A stretch of DNA of 32,000 bases from Pseudomonas aeruginosa (GTDB lineage Bacteria > Pseudomonadota > Gammaproteobacteria > Pseudomonadales > Pseudomonadaceae): the NCBI RefSeq assembly GCF_001457615.1, contig NZ_LN831024.1:3720001-3752000 (forward strand). The letters run 5' to 3'. Of the stretch, positions 7,174 to 17,715 are shown in pieces. The notes under the pieces are model-generated. The model did not search any database. It was not told where the DNA came from and saw only the letters and a list, made by a program, of their open reading frames with translations. The first letter of the stretch is position 1, and each line of letters starts with the position of its first letter. A program made the position numbers and the translations under genes.

Positions 7174-9831
7174 TCATTCGTCGCCCTCCAGTTGCCCGAG
7201 GTCCGGCTGCGGATGCAGCGGCAGGTGCAGGACCAGCGTGGTGCCGCGACCGTCGAGGCCTTCGCCGACGCTGATGCGCCCGCCGTGGGCGCCGATCATG
7301 CCCTGGCAGATCGCCAGGCCCAGGCCGGTGCCTTGGCCACCGCGGTCGCCACGGGCAGCGGTGTAGAACATGTCGAAGATCTTCTCCCGCTCGGCCTCGG
7401 GAATCCCCGGCCCCTCGTCGCTCACCGCGAAACGCAGCTCGGCGGCATCCTGGCTGACCTCGATGCGCAACCGGCCGTGGTTCGGCGAGAAGCGCGCGGC
7501 ATTTTCCAGCACGTTGATCAGCGCCTGCTCGATCAGCGCCGCATGCACGTAGAGCAACGGCAGGTCGTTGGCCACGATCGCCTGCACCCGGTACGGCGCC
7601 AGCACCGCGCGCAGGCGGTTCAGCGCGCTGCCGACGATGTCGCCCGGCGCCACCCAGTCGCGCGCCAGCTTCAGGCCACCGTGGCCGAGACGGGTCATGT
7701 CGAGCAGGTTCTGGATATAGCGGTCCAGTCGCTCGGCCTCGTCGCGGGTGCTTTCCAGCAGTTCGCGACGATCCGCCGGCGGGATCGCCTCGCCCAGCGC
7801 CAACAGGCTGTCGATGGAGCCGCGCATGGCCGTCAGCGGCGTGCGCAGGTCGTGGGAGACCGAGGCGAGCAAGGCGCTGCGCAGTTGCTCGGTCTCGCCG
7901 TGCAGGCGCGCGGCCTCCAGGTCCTCGGCCAGGCGAGCCCGCGCCAGGGCCTGGGCCAGAGGCTGGCCGAGGGCGGCGAGCAGGCGCCGGCGCTGCGGGC
8001 TCAGCGGCTGGCCGTCCAGCGGCGCGACACCGAGCAGTGCCAGCGGTCCCTCTTCCGCCGACAGCGGCCACCACCACCAGCGTCCTCCGGGCAGCGTGCC
8101 AGTACCGAGGCCGGCCGGCTGGTCGTGGGCCCAGGCCCAGTCCGCGGCGACCCGTTCCTGGTCGGCGAGTTGCCGCTGCACGCCGGCCTCGGTCTTCCAC
8201 TCGCCATTGACCTGACCGAGCAGGCAGACCTCGTCGTCCTTCCAGTCGTCGAACTGCTGGGCGGCGGCGGCCAGCACCGCCTGGCGGTCGGTGGCGGCGG
8301 TGAGCTTGCGCGACAGCTCCAGCAGCAGGCTGGTTTCCTCCTGGGTATCGCGCAGCGCCTCCAGCTGGCGCCGCTGGCGTGCCGCCAGGTTGCCGGTGAG
8401 GCCGGCCATGAACAGGAAGAACGCCAGGCTCAGCAGGTCTTCGTGGCGATGGATGGCGAAGGAAAAATGCGGCGGGATGAACAGGAAGTCATAGGCCAGG
8501 AACGACGCCACCGCGCACAGCAGTGCCGGCATCAGGCTGCTGCGCACTGCCACCAGCAGCACCGCCATCAGGAACACCAGGGAGATGTTCGGCAGCTCCA
8601 GCAGGTGCGCCACGATCCAGGCCAGGCCGCTGGCCAGGGCGGTCGCCAGCAGCGCCAGCAGATAGTCGTTCCACACCACCGGATAGCGTGGCCGCGGTTC
8701 CGCCGGGCGCAGGTCGGCCTCGCTGTCCAGGGCACTGATCTCCAGACCCTGGCCGTCGCGCAGCAGACGCCCGGCGAGACCACCGCCGAAGGCCCGGCGG
8801 TACCAGCGGCGCCGCGACTGGCCAACCAGGACCAGGCTGGCGCGGCGCTCGCGGGCATGTTGCAGGAGGGTCCGCGCCACCTCGCCGGCGCGCAGCACGA
8901 CGATCTCGCCGCCGAGCCGCTCGGCCAGTTGCTGCGCACCCTGCAGGCGCATCCGCGCCTGCTCGCCGCGCAAGCCGCCGGTATCGACGTGTACCACGCT
9001 CCAGGGCAGGTGCCGACGTTCGGCGACCCGGCAGGCGTGGCGCACCAGGCGTTCGGCCTGTTCGTCACCGTCGATGCCCACCAGCAGCCGCCCGCGCAAC
9101 GCCGGCGCTTCCTCGCCGCGCTGGCGGTAGCGGTGGTTGAGGTCGGCGTCGACCCGCGCGGCGGCGGTCTGCATCGCCAGTTCACGCAGCGCGGTGAGGT
9201 TGGTCTGCGAGAAGAACGCATCGATCGCCGCCCGCGCCTGTTCCGGCACGTAGACCTTGCCCTCGCGCAGGCGCTCCAGCAGCTCGCGCGGCGGCAGGTC
9301 GATGAGGACGATCTCGTAGGCCTCCTGCAACACCCAGTCCGGCACCGTCTCGCGGACCTGCACGCCGGTGATGTCGCGGACCTGGTCGTTGAGGCTCTCC
9401 AGGTGCTGGACGTTGACCGTTGTGTAGACGTCGATTCCCGCCGCCAGCAACTCCTGGATGTCCTGCCAGCGCTTGGCGTGGCGGCTGCCGGGAACGTTGC
9501 TGTGGGCCAGTTCGTCGACCAGGGCCAGCGCCGGCGGGTCGGCAAGGAGACCGTCGAGGTCCATTTCCTGCAGTTTCATCCCTCGATACTCGAGGCTGCG
9601 CAGCGGCTGCTGCGGCACGCCTGCGAGGAGGGACTCGGTTTCCGCCCGCGAGTGGGTCTCGACCACCCCGGCGCGCAGTTTCACGCCCTGGCGCAACTGG
9701 GCCTGGGCGGCCTGCAGCATGGCGAAGGTCTTGCCCACCCCCGGCGCCGCGCCGAGAAAGACTTTCAGGCGGCCGCGCCCGTCAGCGGGCAGGTCGGCCA
9801 GCAGCGCGTCGGCGCGTGCGGTGTCGGTCAT
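7174..9831 (-). CDS. kdpD: KdpD sensor histidine kinase
   Basis: 885 aa. The N-terminal KdpD domain has the Walker A motif GAAPGVGKT and is followed by a Usp-like region and a block of hydrophobic helices. The H-box is SVSHDLRTPL. The HATPase motifs are NVLENAARFS, DEGPGIP and GTGLGLAI. Confidence 0.95.
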   Translation of the reverse strand: MTDTARADALLADLPADGRGRLKVFLGAAPGVGKTFAMLQAAQAQLRQGVKLRAGVVETHSRAETESLLAGVPQQPLRSLEYRGMKLQEMDLDGLLADPPALALVDELAHSNVPGSRHAKRWQDIQELLAAGIDVYTTVNVQHLESLNDQVRDITGVQVRETVPDWVLQEAYEIVLIDLPPRELLERLREGKVYVPEQARAAIDAFFSQTNLTALRELAMQTAAARVDADLNHRYRQRGEEAPALRGRLLVGIDGDEQAERLVRHACRVAERRHLPWSVVHVDTGGLRGEQARMRLQGAQQLAERLGGEIVVLRAGEVARTLLQHARERRASLVLVGQSRRRWYRRAFGGGLAGRLLRDGQGLEISALDSEADLRPAEPRPRYPVVWNDYLLALLATALASGLAWIVAHLLELPNISLVFLMAVLLVAVRSSLMPALLCAVASFLAYDFLFIPPHFSFAIHRHEDLLSLAFFLFMAGLTGNLAARQRRQLEALRDTQEETSLLLELSRKLTAATDRQAVLAAAAQQFDDWKDDEVCLLGQVNGEWKTEAGVQRQLADQERVAADWAWAHDQPAGLGTGTLPGGRWWWWPLSAEEGPLALLGVAPLDGQPLSPQRRRLLAALGQPLAQALARARLAEDLEAARLHGETEQLRSALLASVSHDLRTPLTAMRGSIDSLLALGEAIPPADRRELLESTRDEAERLDRYIQNLLDMTRLGHGGLKLARDWVAPGDIVGSALNRLRAVLAPYRVQAIVANDLPLLYVHAALIEQALINVLENAARFSPNHGRLRIEVSQDAAELRFAVSDEGPGIPEAEREKIFDMFYTAARGDRGGQGTGLGLAICQGMIGAHGGRISVGEGLDGRGTTLVLHLPLHPQPDLGQLEGDE

Positions 9832-9866
9832 GGATCGGTCGTACTCCGTTGCTCTGCGCCGCGCAG

Positions 9867-9894
9867 GGCGGACGATCGCCGGCGATCATCCGCC
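9867..9894. promoter_or_regulatory. 28-bp near-perfect dyad in the kdpC-kdpD spacer
   Basis: GGCGGACGATCGCC|GGCGATCATCCGCC: 14-bp arms with one mismatch (9873/9888). The inner 14 bp GATCGCCGGCGATC (9874-9887) are a perfect palindrome. Confidence 0.45.
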
Positions 9895-9912
9895 GATGCG
9901 GCGATATTGCAA
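9885..9912 (-). promoter_or_regulatory. Weak candidate internal promoter for kdpDE (TTGCAA-16 bp-GATGAT)
   Basis: On the reverse strand, TTGCAA (9912-9907) and GATGAT (9890-9885) are separated by 16 bp. The -10 candidate lies inside the dyad. Pattern match only. Confidence 0.25.
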
Positions 9913-9938
9913 GCCCTTGCGTGGGTCTCTGGGGAAAC

Positions 9939-10490
9939 CTAGCGCTTCAACCCCGCCAGCGCCATGTTCAGCGCCAGCACGTTGACCACCGCCGGCCCCA
10001 CCAGCGGCCGCTCGGTGTGGCTTTCCACCAGGTCTTCCACCAGCCGCAGCGGCAGCCCGCGCGCCGTGGCCACCCGCAGCGCCTGGTAACGCGCGGCCTG
10101 CGGCGGCAGCTGCGGATCGAGTCCGCTACCGGAGGTAGTGACCAGCGCCAGCGGCACCGGCCCCTGGTCGGCGATACGCTCCTGGGCGGCGTCCCTGGCG
10201 ATGCGCTCGGCCAGTGCCGGGTTGCTCGGCGCCAGGTTGCTCGCGGCACTGGAAACGGTGGCGTAGTCGCCCGCCGAAGGCCGCGAATGGAACCACTCCT
10301 CGCCGTCGAACTTCTGCGCGATCAGCCGCGAGCCGAGCACCTTGCCCTCGGCGTCGCGCAGCAGGCTGCCATTGGCCTGCTCGGGGAACGCCAGTTGGGC
10401 GATACCGGTGACCAGCAGCGGATAGGCCACGCCGGTGACCATGCTGAGCACCAGCAGTGACGCCAGTGCCGGACGGAGTTGCTTGAACAT
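9939..10490 (-). CDS. kdpC: Potassium-transporting ATPase subunit KdpC
   Basis: 183 aa starting [32 protein letters not shown]..., with a single N-terminal TM helix and the conserved SGSGLDP motif. It sits between kdpB and kdpD. Confidence 0.95.
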
Positions 10491-10514
10491 GTGCAGATCC
10501 TCTCTTCAGTCCCA

Positions 10515-10538
10515 GGCCCTCGCCCGACGGCGAGGGCC
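10515..10538 (-). other. Perfect 10-bp GC-rich stem-loop between kdpB and kdpC
   Basis: GGCCCTCGCC (10515-10524) pairs with GGCGAGGGCC (10529-10538) around the 4-nt loop CGAC. It lies in the 53-nt kdpB-kdpC spacer, 24 nt upstream of the kdpC ATG. Confidence 0.5.
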
Positions 10539-10543
10539 GTTGT

Positions 10544-12616
<2,073 letters not shown>

Positions 12617-12627
12617 GTGCGATTCCT

Positions 12628-14322
12628 TCAGAAGCCGAGGCTCAGTTGTTCAGCGATCGGGCCGAGGGCCAGGGTCGGCAGGAAGGTCAGGCCGCCGACC
12701 AGCAGGATGGTCACGGTGAGCAGGCTGACGAACAGCGGACCATGGGTCGGGAAACTGTTCGGCCCCACCGGGCTGGCCTTCTTCGCCGCCAGGCTGCCGG
12801 CGATGGCGAGGATCGGCAGGATGTAGCCGAAGCGGCCGATGAGCATGGCCAGGCCGATCATCAGGTTGTGGAACGGCGTGTTGGCACCGAAACCGGCAAA
12901 CGCCGAGCCGTTGTTGGCGCTCCCCGAGGTGTAGGCGTAGAGCAGTTGGCTGAAACCGTGCGGGCCGGGGTTGGTCACCGCCGAGGCCGGTCCCGGCAGG
13001 CTGGCGGCAATGGCGCCGAGCACCAGCACGCCGACAGGCATCACCAGCAGGGTGAAGACCAGCAGGCGGACCTCCTTCGCCTCGAGCTTCTTGCCCAGGT
13101 ACTCCGGCGTCCGCCCGACCATCAGGCCGGCGAGGAACACCGCGATCAGGACGAACAGCAGCATGCCGTAGAGGCCGGCGCCGACGCCGCCGAAGATCAC
13201 CTCGCCGAGCATCATGTTCAGCAGCGGCAGCATGCCGCCCAGGGGGCTCAGGCTATCGTGCATGGCGTTCACCGAGCCGTTCGAGGCGGCGGTGGTGGTG
13301 ATCGCCCAGAGCATGCTGGCGGCGGTGCCGAAGCGACTCTCCTTGCCCTCCATCGGTGCGCCCTGCTCGACCGGCAACTGCGCCAGCGCCGGGTTCGGCT
13401 GGTATTCGGCCCACAGCGACAAGCCCAGGCCGAGGCAGAACAGCAGCAGCATGCAGCCGAGGATCGCGCGGCTCTGGCGCAGGTCCTTCACGTAATGGCC
13501 GAAGGTGAATACCAGCGCCGCCGGGATCAGGATGATCGAGGCCACTTCGAACAGGTTGCTCCAGGCACTCGGGTTCTCGAACGGATGAGTCGAGTTGACG
13601 CCGAAGAAGCCGCCGCCGTTGGTGCCCAGTTGCTTGATGGCGATCTGGCTGGCCGCCGGGCCGAGCGGGATGGTCTGCTCGGCGCCTTGCAAGGTGGTGG
13701 CATGGACGTAGTCGAAGAAGGTCTGCGGCACGCCCTGCCAGACCAGCAGCAACGCCAGCAGCAGGCACAGCGGCAGCAGCACGTAGAGGGTGCCGCGGGT
13801 CAGGTCGACCCAGAAGTTGCCCAGCTGCCGCGTGGAGCGGCGGCTGATGCCGCGCGCCAGGGCCACCAGCACGCAGAGGCCGACCGCCGCGCTGACGAAG
13901 TTCTGCACCGTAAGGCCGACCATCTGGCTGAAGTAGCTCAGCGAGGCCTCGCCGCTGTAGGCCTGCCAGTTGGTGTTGGTGACGAAACTGACCGCGGTGT
14001 TGAACGCCAGGGTCCATTCCAGGCCCGGCAGGTGCTGCGGGTTCAGCGGCAGGCTGCCCTGCAGCATGAGGATCGAGAACAGCAGGACCAGGCCGGCCAG
14101 GTTGAATGCCAGCAGCGCCAGGGTGTAGGTCTTCCAGTCCTGCTCGCTCGCCGGATCGACGCCGAACAGGCGATAGCAGACGCGCTCCAGTGGCGCCAGC
14201 GGCGCGCTGAGGAGATTGCGTTGGCCTTCCATCACCTTGAAGCAGTAGCGCCCGAGGAACGGTGCAGGCACCAGGACCAGGGCGAAAAAGGCCAGGATCA
14301 AGAGAATCTCGTGGCTGTTCAT
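12628..14322 (-). CDS. kdpA: Potassium-transporting ATPase channel subunit KdpA
   Basis: The ATG at 14322 gives 564 aa of polytopic membrane protein ([26 protein letters not shown]...). GGGAGG lies 4 nt upstream of the ATG. The track start at 14340 adds 6 codons that overlap the kdpF stop codon and cover that Shine-Dalgarno. Confidence 0.95.
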   Translation of the reverse strand: MNSHEILLILAFFALVLVPAPFLGRYCFKVMEGQRNLLSAPLAPLERVCYRLFGVDPASEQDWKTYTLALLAFNLAGLVLLFSILMLQGSLPLNPQHLPGLEWTLAFNTAVSFVTNTNWQAYSGEASLSYFSQMVGLTVQNFVSAAVGLCVLVALARGISRRSTRQLGNFWVDLTRGTLYVLLPLCLLLALLLVWQGVPQTFFDYVHATTLQGAEQTIPLGPAASQIAIKQLGTNGGGFFGVNSTHPFENPSAWSNLFEVASIILIPAALVFTFGHYVKDLRQSRAILGCMLLLFCLGLGLSLWAEYQPNPALAQLPVEQGAPMEGKESRFGTAASMLWAITTTAASNGSVNAMHDSLSPLGGMLPLLNMMLGEVIFGGVGAGLYGMLLFVLIAVFLAGLMVGRTPEYLGKKLEAKEVRLLVFTLLVMPVGVLVLGAIAASLPGPASAVTNPGPHGFSQLLYAYTSGSANNGSAFAGFGANTPFHNLMIGLAMLIGRFGYILPILAIAGSLAAKKASPVGPNSFPTHGPLFVSLLTVTILLVGGLTFLPTLALGPIAEQLSLGF

Positions 14323-14332
14323 GTGCCCTCCC

Positions 14333-14422
14333 CTAGGCACGGTCGGCGCGTAGCAGCGCCACCAGCAAATAGACGAACAGTCCCGTGGCCAGGGCCAGGG
14401 ACAACCAATCCAGAACGGTCAT
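14333..14422 (-). CDS. kdpF: KdpF, 29-aa hydrophobic subunit of the Kdp complex
   Basis: [29 protein letters not shown] is a single TM helix. It starts at the ATG at 14422 with GGAGAG upstream. Its TAG stop lies 10 nt before the kdpA ATG. In the track it is embedded in the 61-aa ORF 14333..14518. Confidence 0.85.
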   Translation of the reverse strand: MTVLDWLSLALATGLFVYLLVALLRADRA

Positions 14423-14515
14423 GTGTGCGATCTCTCCTTCGAACGGCCTCTGCCGCTTGAGGGAAAGTCTCCGCAAAGGGGGCGTAAAGAAGCGATTCCG
14501 GGCCGCGTCGGACGG

Positions 14516-14532
14516 CATAAAGAAAGCGTAAA
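14516..14532 (-). promoter_or_regulatory. Putative KdpE binding site: direct repeat TTTACG-CTTTC-TTTATG
   Basis: The reverse strand reads TTTACG (14532-14527), CTTTC, TTTATG (14521-16). These are two hexamers with 11-bp periodicity, about 95-110 nt upstream of the kdpF ATG. It resembles the E. coli kdpFABC operator as I remember it (TTTATA-N5-TTTACA). A third TTTACG at 14488-14483 lies 33 bp further on. Confidence 0.5.
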
Positions 14533-14609
14533 GAGTGGCGCGGACAGCGCCTGGGAGAGCAACCGGCCGGGGACTGCGCCACGGCCGGTGACAAGGCGAA
14601 GGATCGACG

Positions 14610-15764
14610 CTAGCCCTGGGCGGCGCGGATCATGTTGCGGGCGATCAGCAGTTGCTGGATCTGCGTGGTGCCCTCGTAGATGCGGAACAGTCGCACGTCG
14701 CGATAGAAGCGCTCGATCCCATAGTCGCCGATATAGCCGGCGCCGCCGAAGATCTGCACCGCGCGGTCGGCGACGCGGCCGCACATTTCCGAGGCGAACA
14801 GCTTGGCGCAGGACGCCTCGGTACCGACATCGCGGCCTTCGTCGCGCTGCCGCGCGGCGTCGATGACCATGCAGCGCGCCGCGTAGGCTTCGGCCTTGCT
14901 GTCGGCGAGCATTGCCTGGATCAACTGGAACTCGGCGATCGGCTGGCCGAACTGCTTGCGTTCCAGGGCATAGCGCAACGCATCCTCGAGCATCCGCTCG
15001 GCGACCCCCACGCAGACCGCGGCGATGTGCAGGCGGCCCTTGTCGAGCACCTTCATCGCGGTCTTGAAGCCGACGCCCTCGACCCCGCCGATCAACTGGC
15101 TGGCAGGCACCCGGCAGTCGTCGAAGATCACGTCACAGGTATGCGCGCCCTTCTGTCCCATCTTGCGATCCGGCTTGCCCAGGGACAGCCCGGGCGTACC
15201 GCGCTCGACGACGAAAGCGGAGATTCCGCCGGCGCCACGGATCGCCGGGTTGGTGCGTGCCATCACGGTGTAGATGCCGGCCTGCGGGGCGTTGGTGATG
15301 AAGCGCTTGGTACCGTTGAGCACGTAGTGCTGGCCGTCACGCACCGCCGTGGTCTTCAGCGAGGCGGCGTCGGAACCGGAGTCCGGTTCGGTGAGGCAGA
15401 ACGAACTGAGCAGTTCGCCCGACGCCAGGCGCGGCAGGTAGCGCCGCTTCTGTTCTTCGGTGCCGTCGATGACGATGCCCTGGGAGCCGATGCCATTGTT
15501 GGTGCCCAGCAGCGAACGGAACGCCGGCGAGGTCCGCCCCAGTTCGAAGGCGATGCTCACCTCTTCCTCCATGGTCACCCCGAGGCCGCCGTAGGCCTCC
15601 GGGATCGACAGGCCGAACAGGCCCATCTCGCGCATGCGGGCGATGATCGCCTCGGGGATGCGGTCGGTTTCCGCCACCTCCTGCTCATGAGGCACCAGGC
15701 TTTCGCGGACGAACTGGCGGATGCTGTCCAGCAGCAGGTTCAGGGTTTCCGGATCACGAATCAT
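14610..15764 (-). CDS. Acyl-CoA dehydrogenase
   Basis: About 384 aa with the ACAD N-terminal, middle and C-terminal domains (…CLTEPDSGSDA…, …YEGTTQIQQLLIARNMI). I prefer the ATG at 15764, with GGAG 5 nt upstream, over the track GTG at 15770. Confidence 0.9.
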   Translation of the reverse strand: MIRDPETLNLLLDSIRQFVRESLVPHEQEVAETDRIPEAIIARMREMGLFGLSIPEAYGGLGVTMEEEVSIAFELGRTSPAFRSLLGTNNGIGSQGIVIDGTEEQKRRYLPRLASGELLSSFCLTEPDSGSDAASLKTTAVRDGQHYVLNGTKRFITNAPQAGIYTVMARTNPAIRGAGGISAFVVERGTPGLSLGKPDRKMGQKGAHTCDVIFDDCRVPASQLIGGVEGVGFKTAMKVLDKGRLHIAAVCVGVAERMLEDALRYALERKQFGQPIAEFQLIQAMLADSKAEAYAARCMVIDAARQRDEGRDVGTEASCAKLFASEMCGRVADRAVQIFGGAGYIGDYGIERFYRDVRLFRIYEGTTQIQQLLIARNMIRAAQG

Positions 15765-15818
15765 GCTCACTCCAATAGGCCCTTAGGCCGGTTGCCATGA
15801 TTCCGTCACCGGCCTCGG

Positions 15819-16685
15819 TCAGCGGGTGGCGGCCTCGATGTTGTGGACCATGTGCAGCAGGCGCGGGCCGATGTCGTCCTCCAGTTTCTCGCGCTTGAGG
15901 TGGAAACTCGGCCCGCCGCAGTTGAACGCCAGCAGCCCATGGCTCTCGTGGTGCAAGGCCACGCCCACCGCGTTGACGTCGCGTTGCCACTCGCCGAGCG
16001 ACAGGCAGAAGCCGTAGTCGGCATAGTCGCGGAAGGCCCGCTCCAGCCCCTTGCGCACTTCCGGCCAGTCTTCCGGGTGGCGCTTGCGGATGTGCCCGAG
16101 GATGAACTCCCGCTCGTCCTCCGGCATCGCCGCCAGGCAGGCCCGGCCGATCGCGCTGCGGTGCAGCGAGAGGTGGCTGCCGACCTGGCGACGCATGGTC
16201 AGGTTGGCCTCGCCATGCACCACGTCGAGGTAGACCATGCTCAGCCGGTCGCGGGCCGCCATGGCCACCGCGGCCTTGGCGTAGCCGGCCATCTCTTCCA
16301 TCAAAGGGCGGGCGAGCGCGCGAATCGACAGGTTCGAGAGCATCGCGTAGCCGAACGACATCACCCCCACTTCCAACTGGTACTTGCCGCTATGCGGCAG
16401 GTGACGCAGATAGCCCAGCCGGGTCAGGGTGTGGGTCAGACGCGACACCGTCGGCTTCGGCAGGCCGGTCTTCTTCGCCAGTTCCTGGTTGCCCAGCAGG
16501 CTTTCCCGTGGTGTGAAACAGCGCAGCAATTCCAACCCGCGGGCCAGCGCGGTGACGAACTGGCGGTCCTTGAGTTCCTCGTCTTTCTCCTGCATCGGGT
16601 CGATCAGCACAGCTTCGAAGGCGGACACTTCCGCTTCCGTACTGGCACCTTCCGCCGGACTCCGGCGCTCGTCGTTGCCGCGCAT
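15819..16685 (-). CDS. IclR-family transcriptional regulator
   Basis: 288 aa with an ATG start. The N-terminal winged HTH (LGNQELAKKTGLPKPTVSRLTHTLTRLGYL) is followed by an IclR effector-binding domain. It lies 48 nt upstream of the acyl-CoA dehydrogenase on the same strand. Confidence 0.9.
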   Translation of the reverse strand: MRGNDERRSPAEGASTEAEVSAFEAVLIDPMQEKDEELKDRQFVTALARGLELLRCFTPRESLLGNQELAKKTGLPKPTVSRLTHTLTRLGYLRHLPHSGKYQLEVGVMSFGYAMLSNLSIRALARPLMEEMAGYAKAAVAMAARDRLSMVYLDVVHGEANLTMRRQVGSHLSLHRSAIGRACLAAMPEDEREFILGHIRKRHPEDWPEVRKGLERAFRDYADYGFCLSLGEWQRDVNAVGVALHHESHGLLAFNCGGPSFHLKREKLEDDIGPRLLHMVHNIEAATR

Positions 16686-16725
16686 AGTAGGGACCTCTTT
16701 TTCAAAAAATCAATAAAACAAAATC

Positions 16726-16743
16726 ATATTTCGCATAGCGAAA
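16726..16743. promoter_or_regulatory. Operator-like dyad, copy 1 (ATATTTCGC-ATA-GCGAAA)
   Basis: 18-mer ATATTTCGCATAGCGAAA containing the inverted repeat TTTCGC/GCGAAA. It lies 40 nt upstream of the iclR ATG and is identical to 16888-16905. Confidence 0.6.
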
Positions 16744-16838
16744 CTAATAGAAGAACCCATGCACTTTCAACAACGAAAATAAAATCCTTTTAAAACAGTA
16801 AATTGTATAAGTAGATCGTCCAAAATCCGACGCGAGTA

Positions 16839-16867
16839 TTTACAACGCCCCGGCTGGCGCTGATTAT
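16839..16867 (+). promoter_or_regulatory. Candidate sigma70 promoter for the hydratase/dehydrogenase operon (TTTACA-17 bp-GATTAT)
   Basis: TTTACA at 16839-16844, an exact 17-bp spacer, then GATTAT at 16862-16867. Operator copy 2 starts about 20 bp downstream of the -10. Confidence 0.4.
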
Positions 16868-16887
16868 TTTCGATAAATCATGAAACT

Positions 16888-16908
16888 ATATTTCGCATAG
16901 CGAAATAT
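16888..16908. promoter_or_regulatory. Operator-like dyad, copy 2 (ATATTTCGC-ATA-GCGAAATAT, 9-bp arms)
   Basis: Perfect 9-bp inverted arms around ATA. It ends 18 nt before the enoyl-CoA hydratase ATG. Its first 18 nt are identical to copy 1. Confidence 0.6.
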
Positions 16909-16926
16909 CAATTCATCGGAGCTTCC

Positions 16927-17712
<786 letters not shown>

Positions 17713-17715
17713 ACG

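Noticed and set aside
7192-9942. 916-aa + strand ORF spanning the whole kdpD region and the end of kdpC
   Set aside because: It is exactly antisense to KdpD, which has unmistakable domain motifs. Its translation is Arg/Ala/Gly/Gln-rich low-complexity sequence with no recognisable motif. Long stop-free antisense frames are expected at this GC content.
14562-14589. 7-bp stems with 14-15-nt loops after the acyl-CoA dehydrogenase gene (ACCGGCC/GGCCGGT, 14562-14589) and after iclR (15786-15814), considered as terminators
   Set aside because: The stems are short, built on the self-complementary CCGG/GGCC cores common in this genome. The loops are long and there are no U tracts. The evidence is insufficient to call terminators.
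16759-16782. Mini-ORF ATG CAC TTT CAA CAA CGA AAA TAA (7 codons) inside the AT-rich iclR-hydratase spacer
   Set aside because: It has no Shine-Dalgarno and is too short, and AT-rich DNA is rich in chance ATG/TAA pairs. There is no support for it as a leader peptide.
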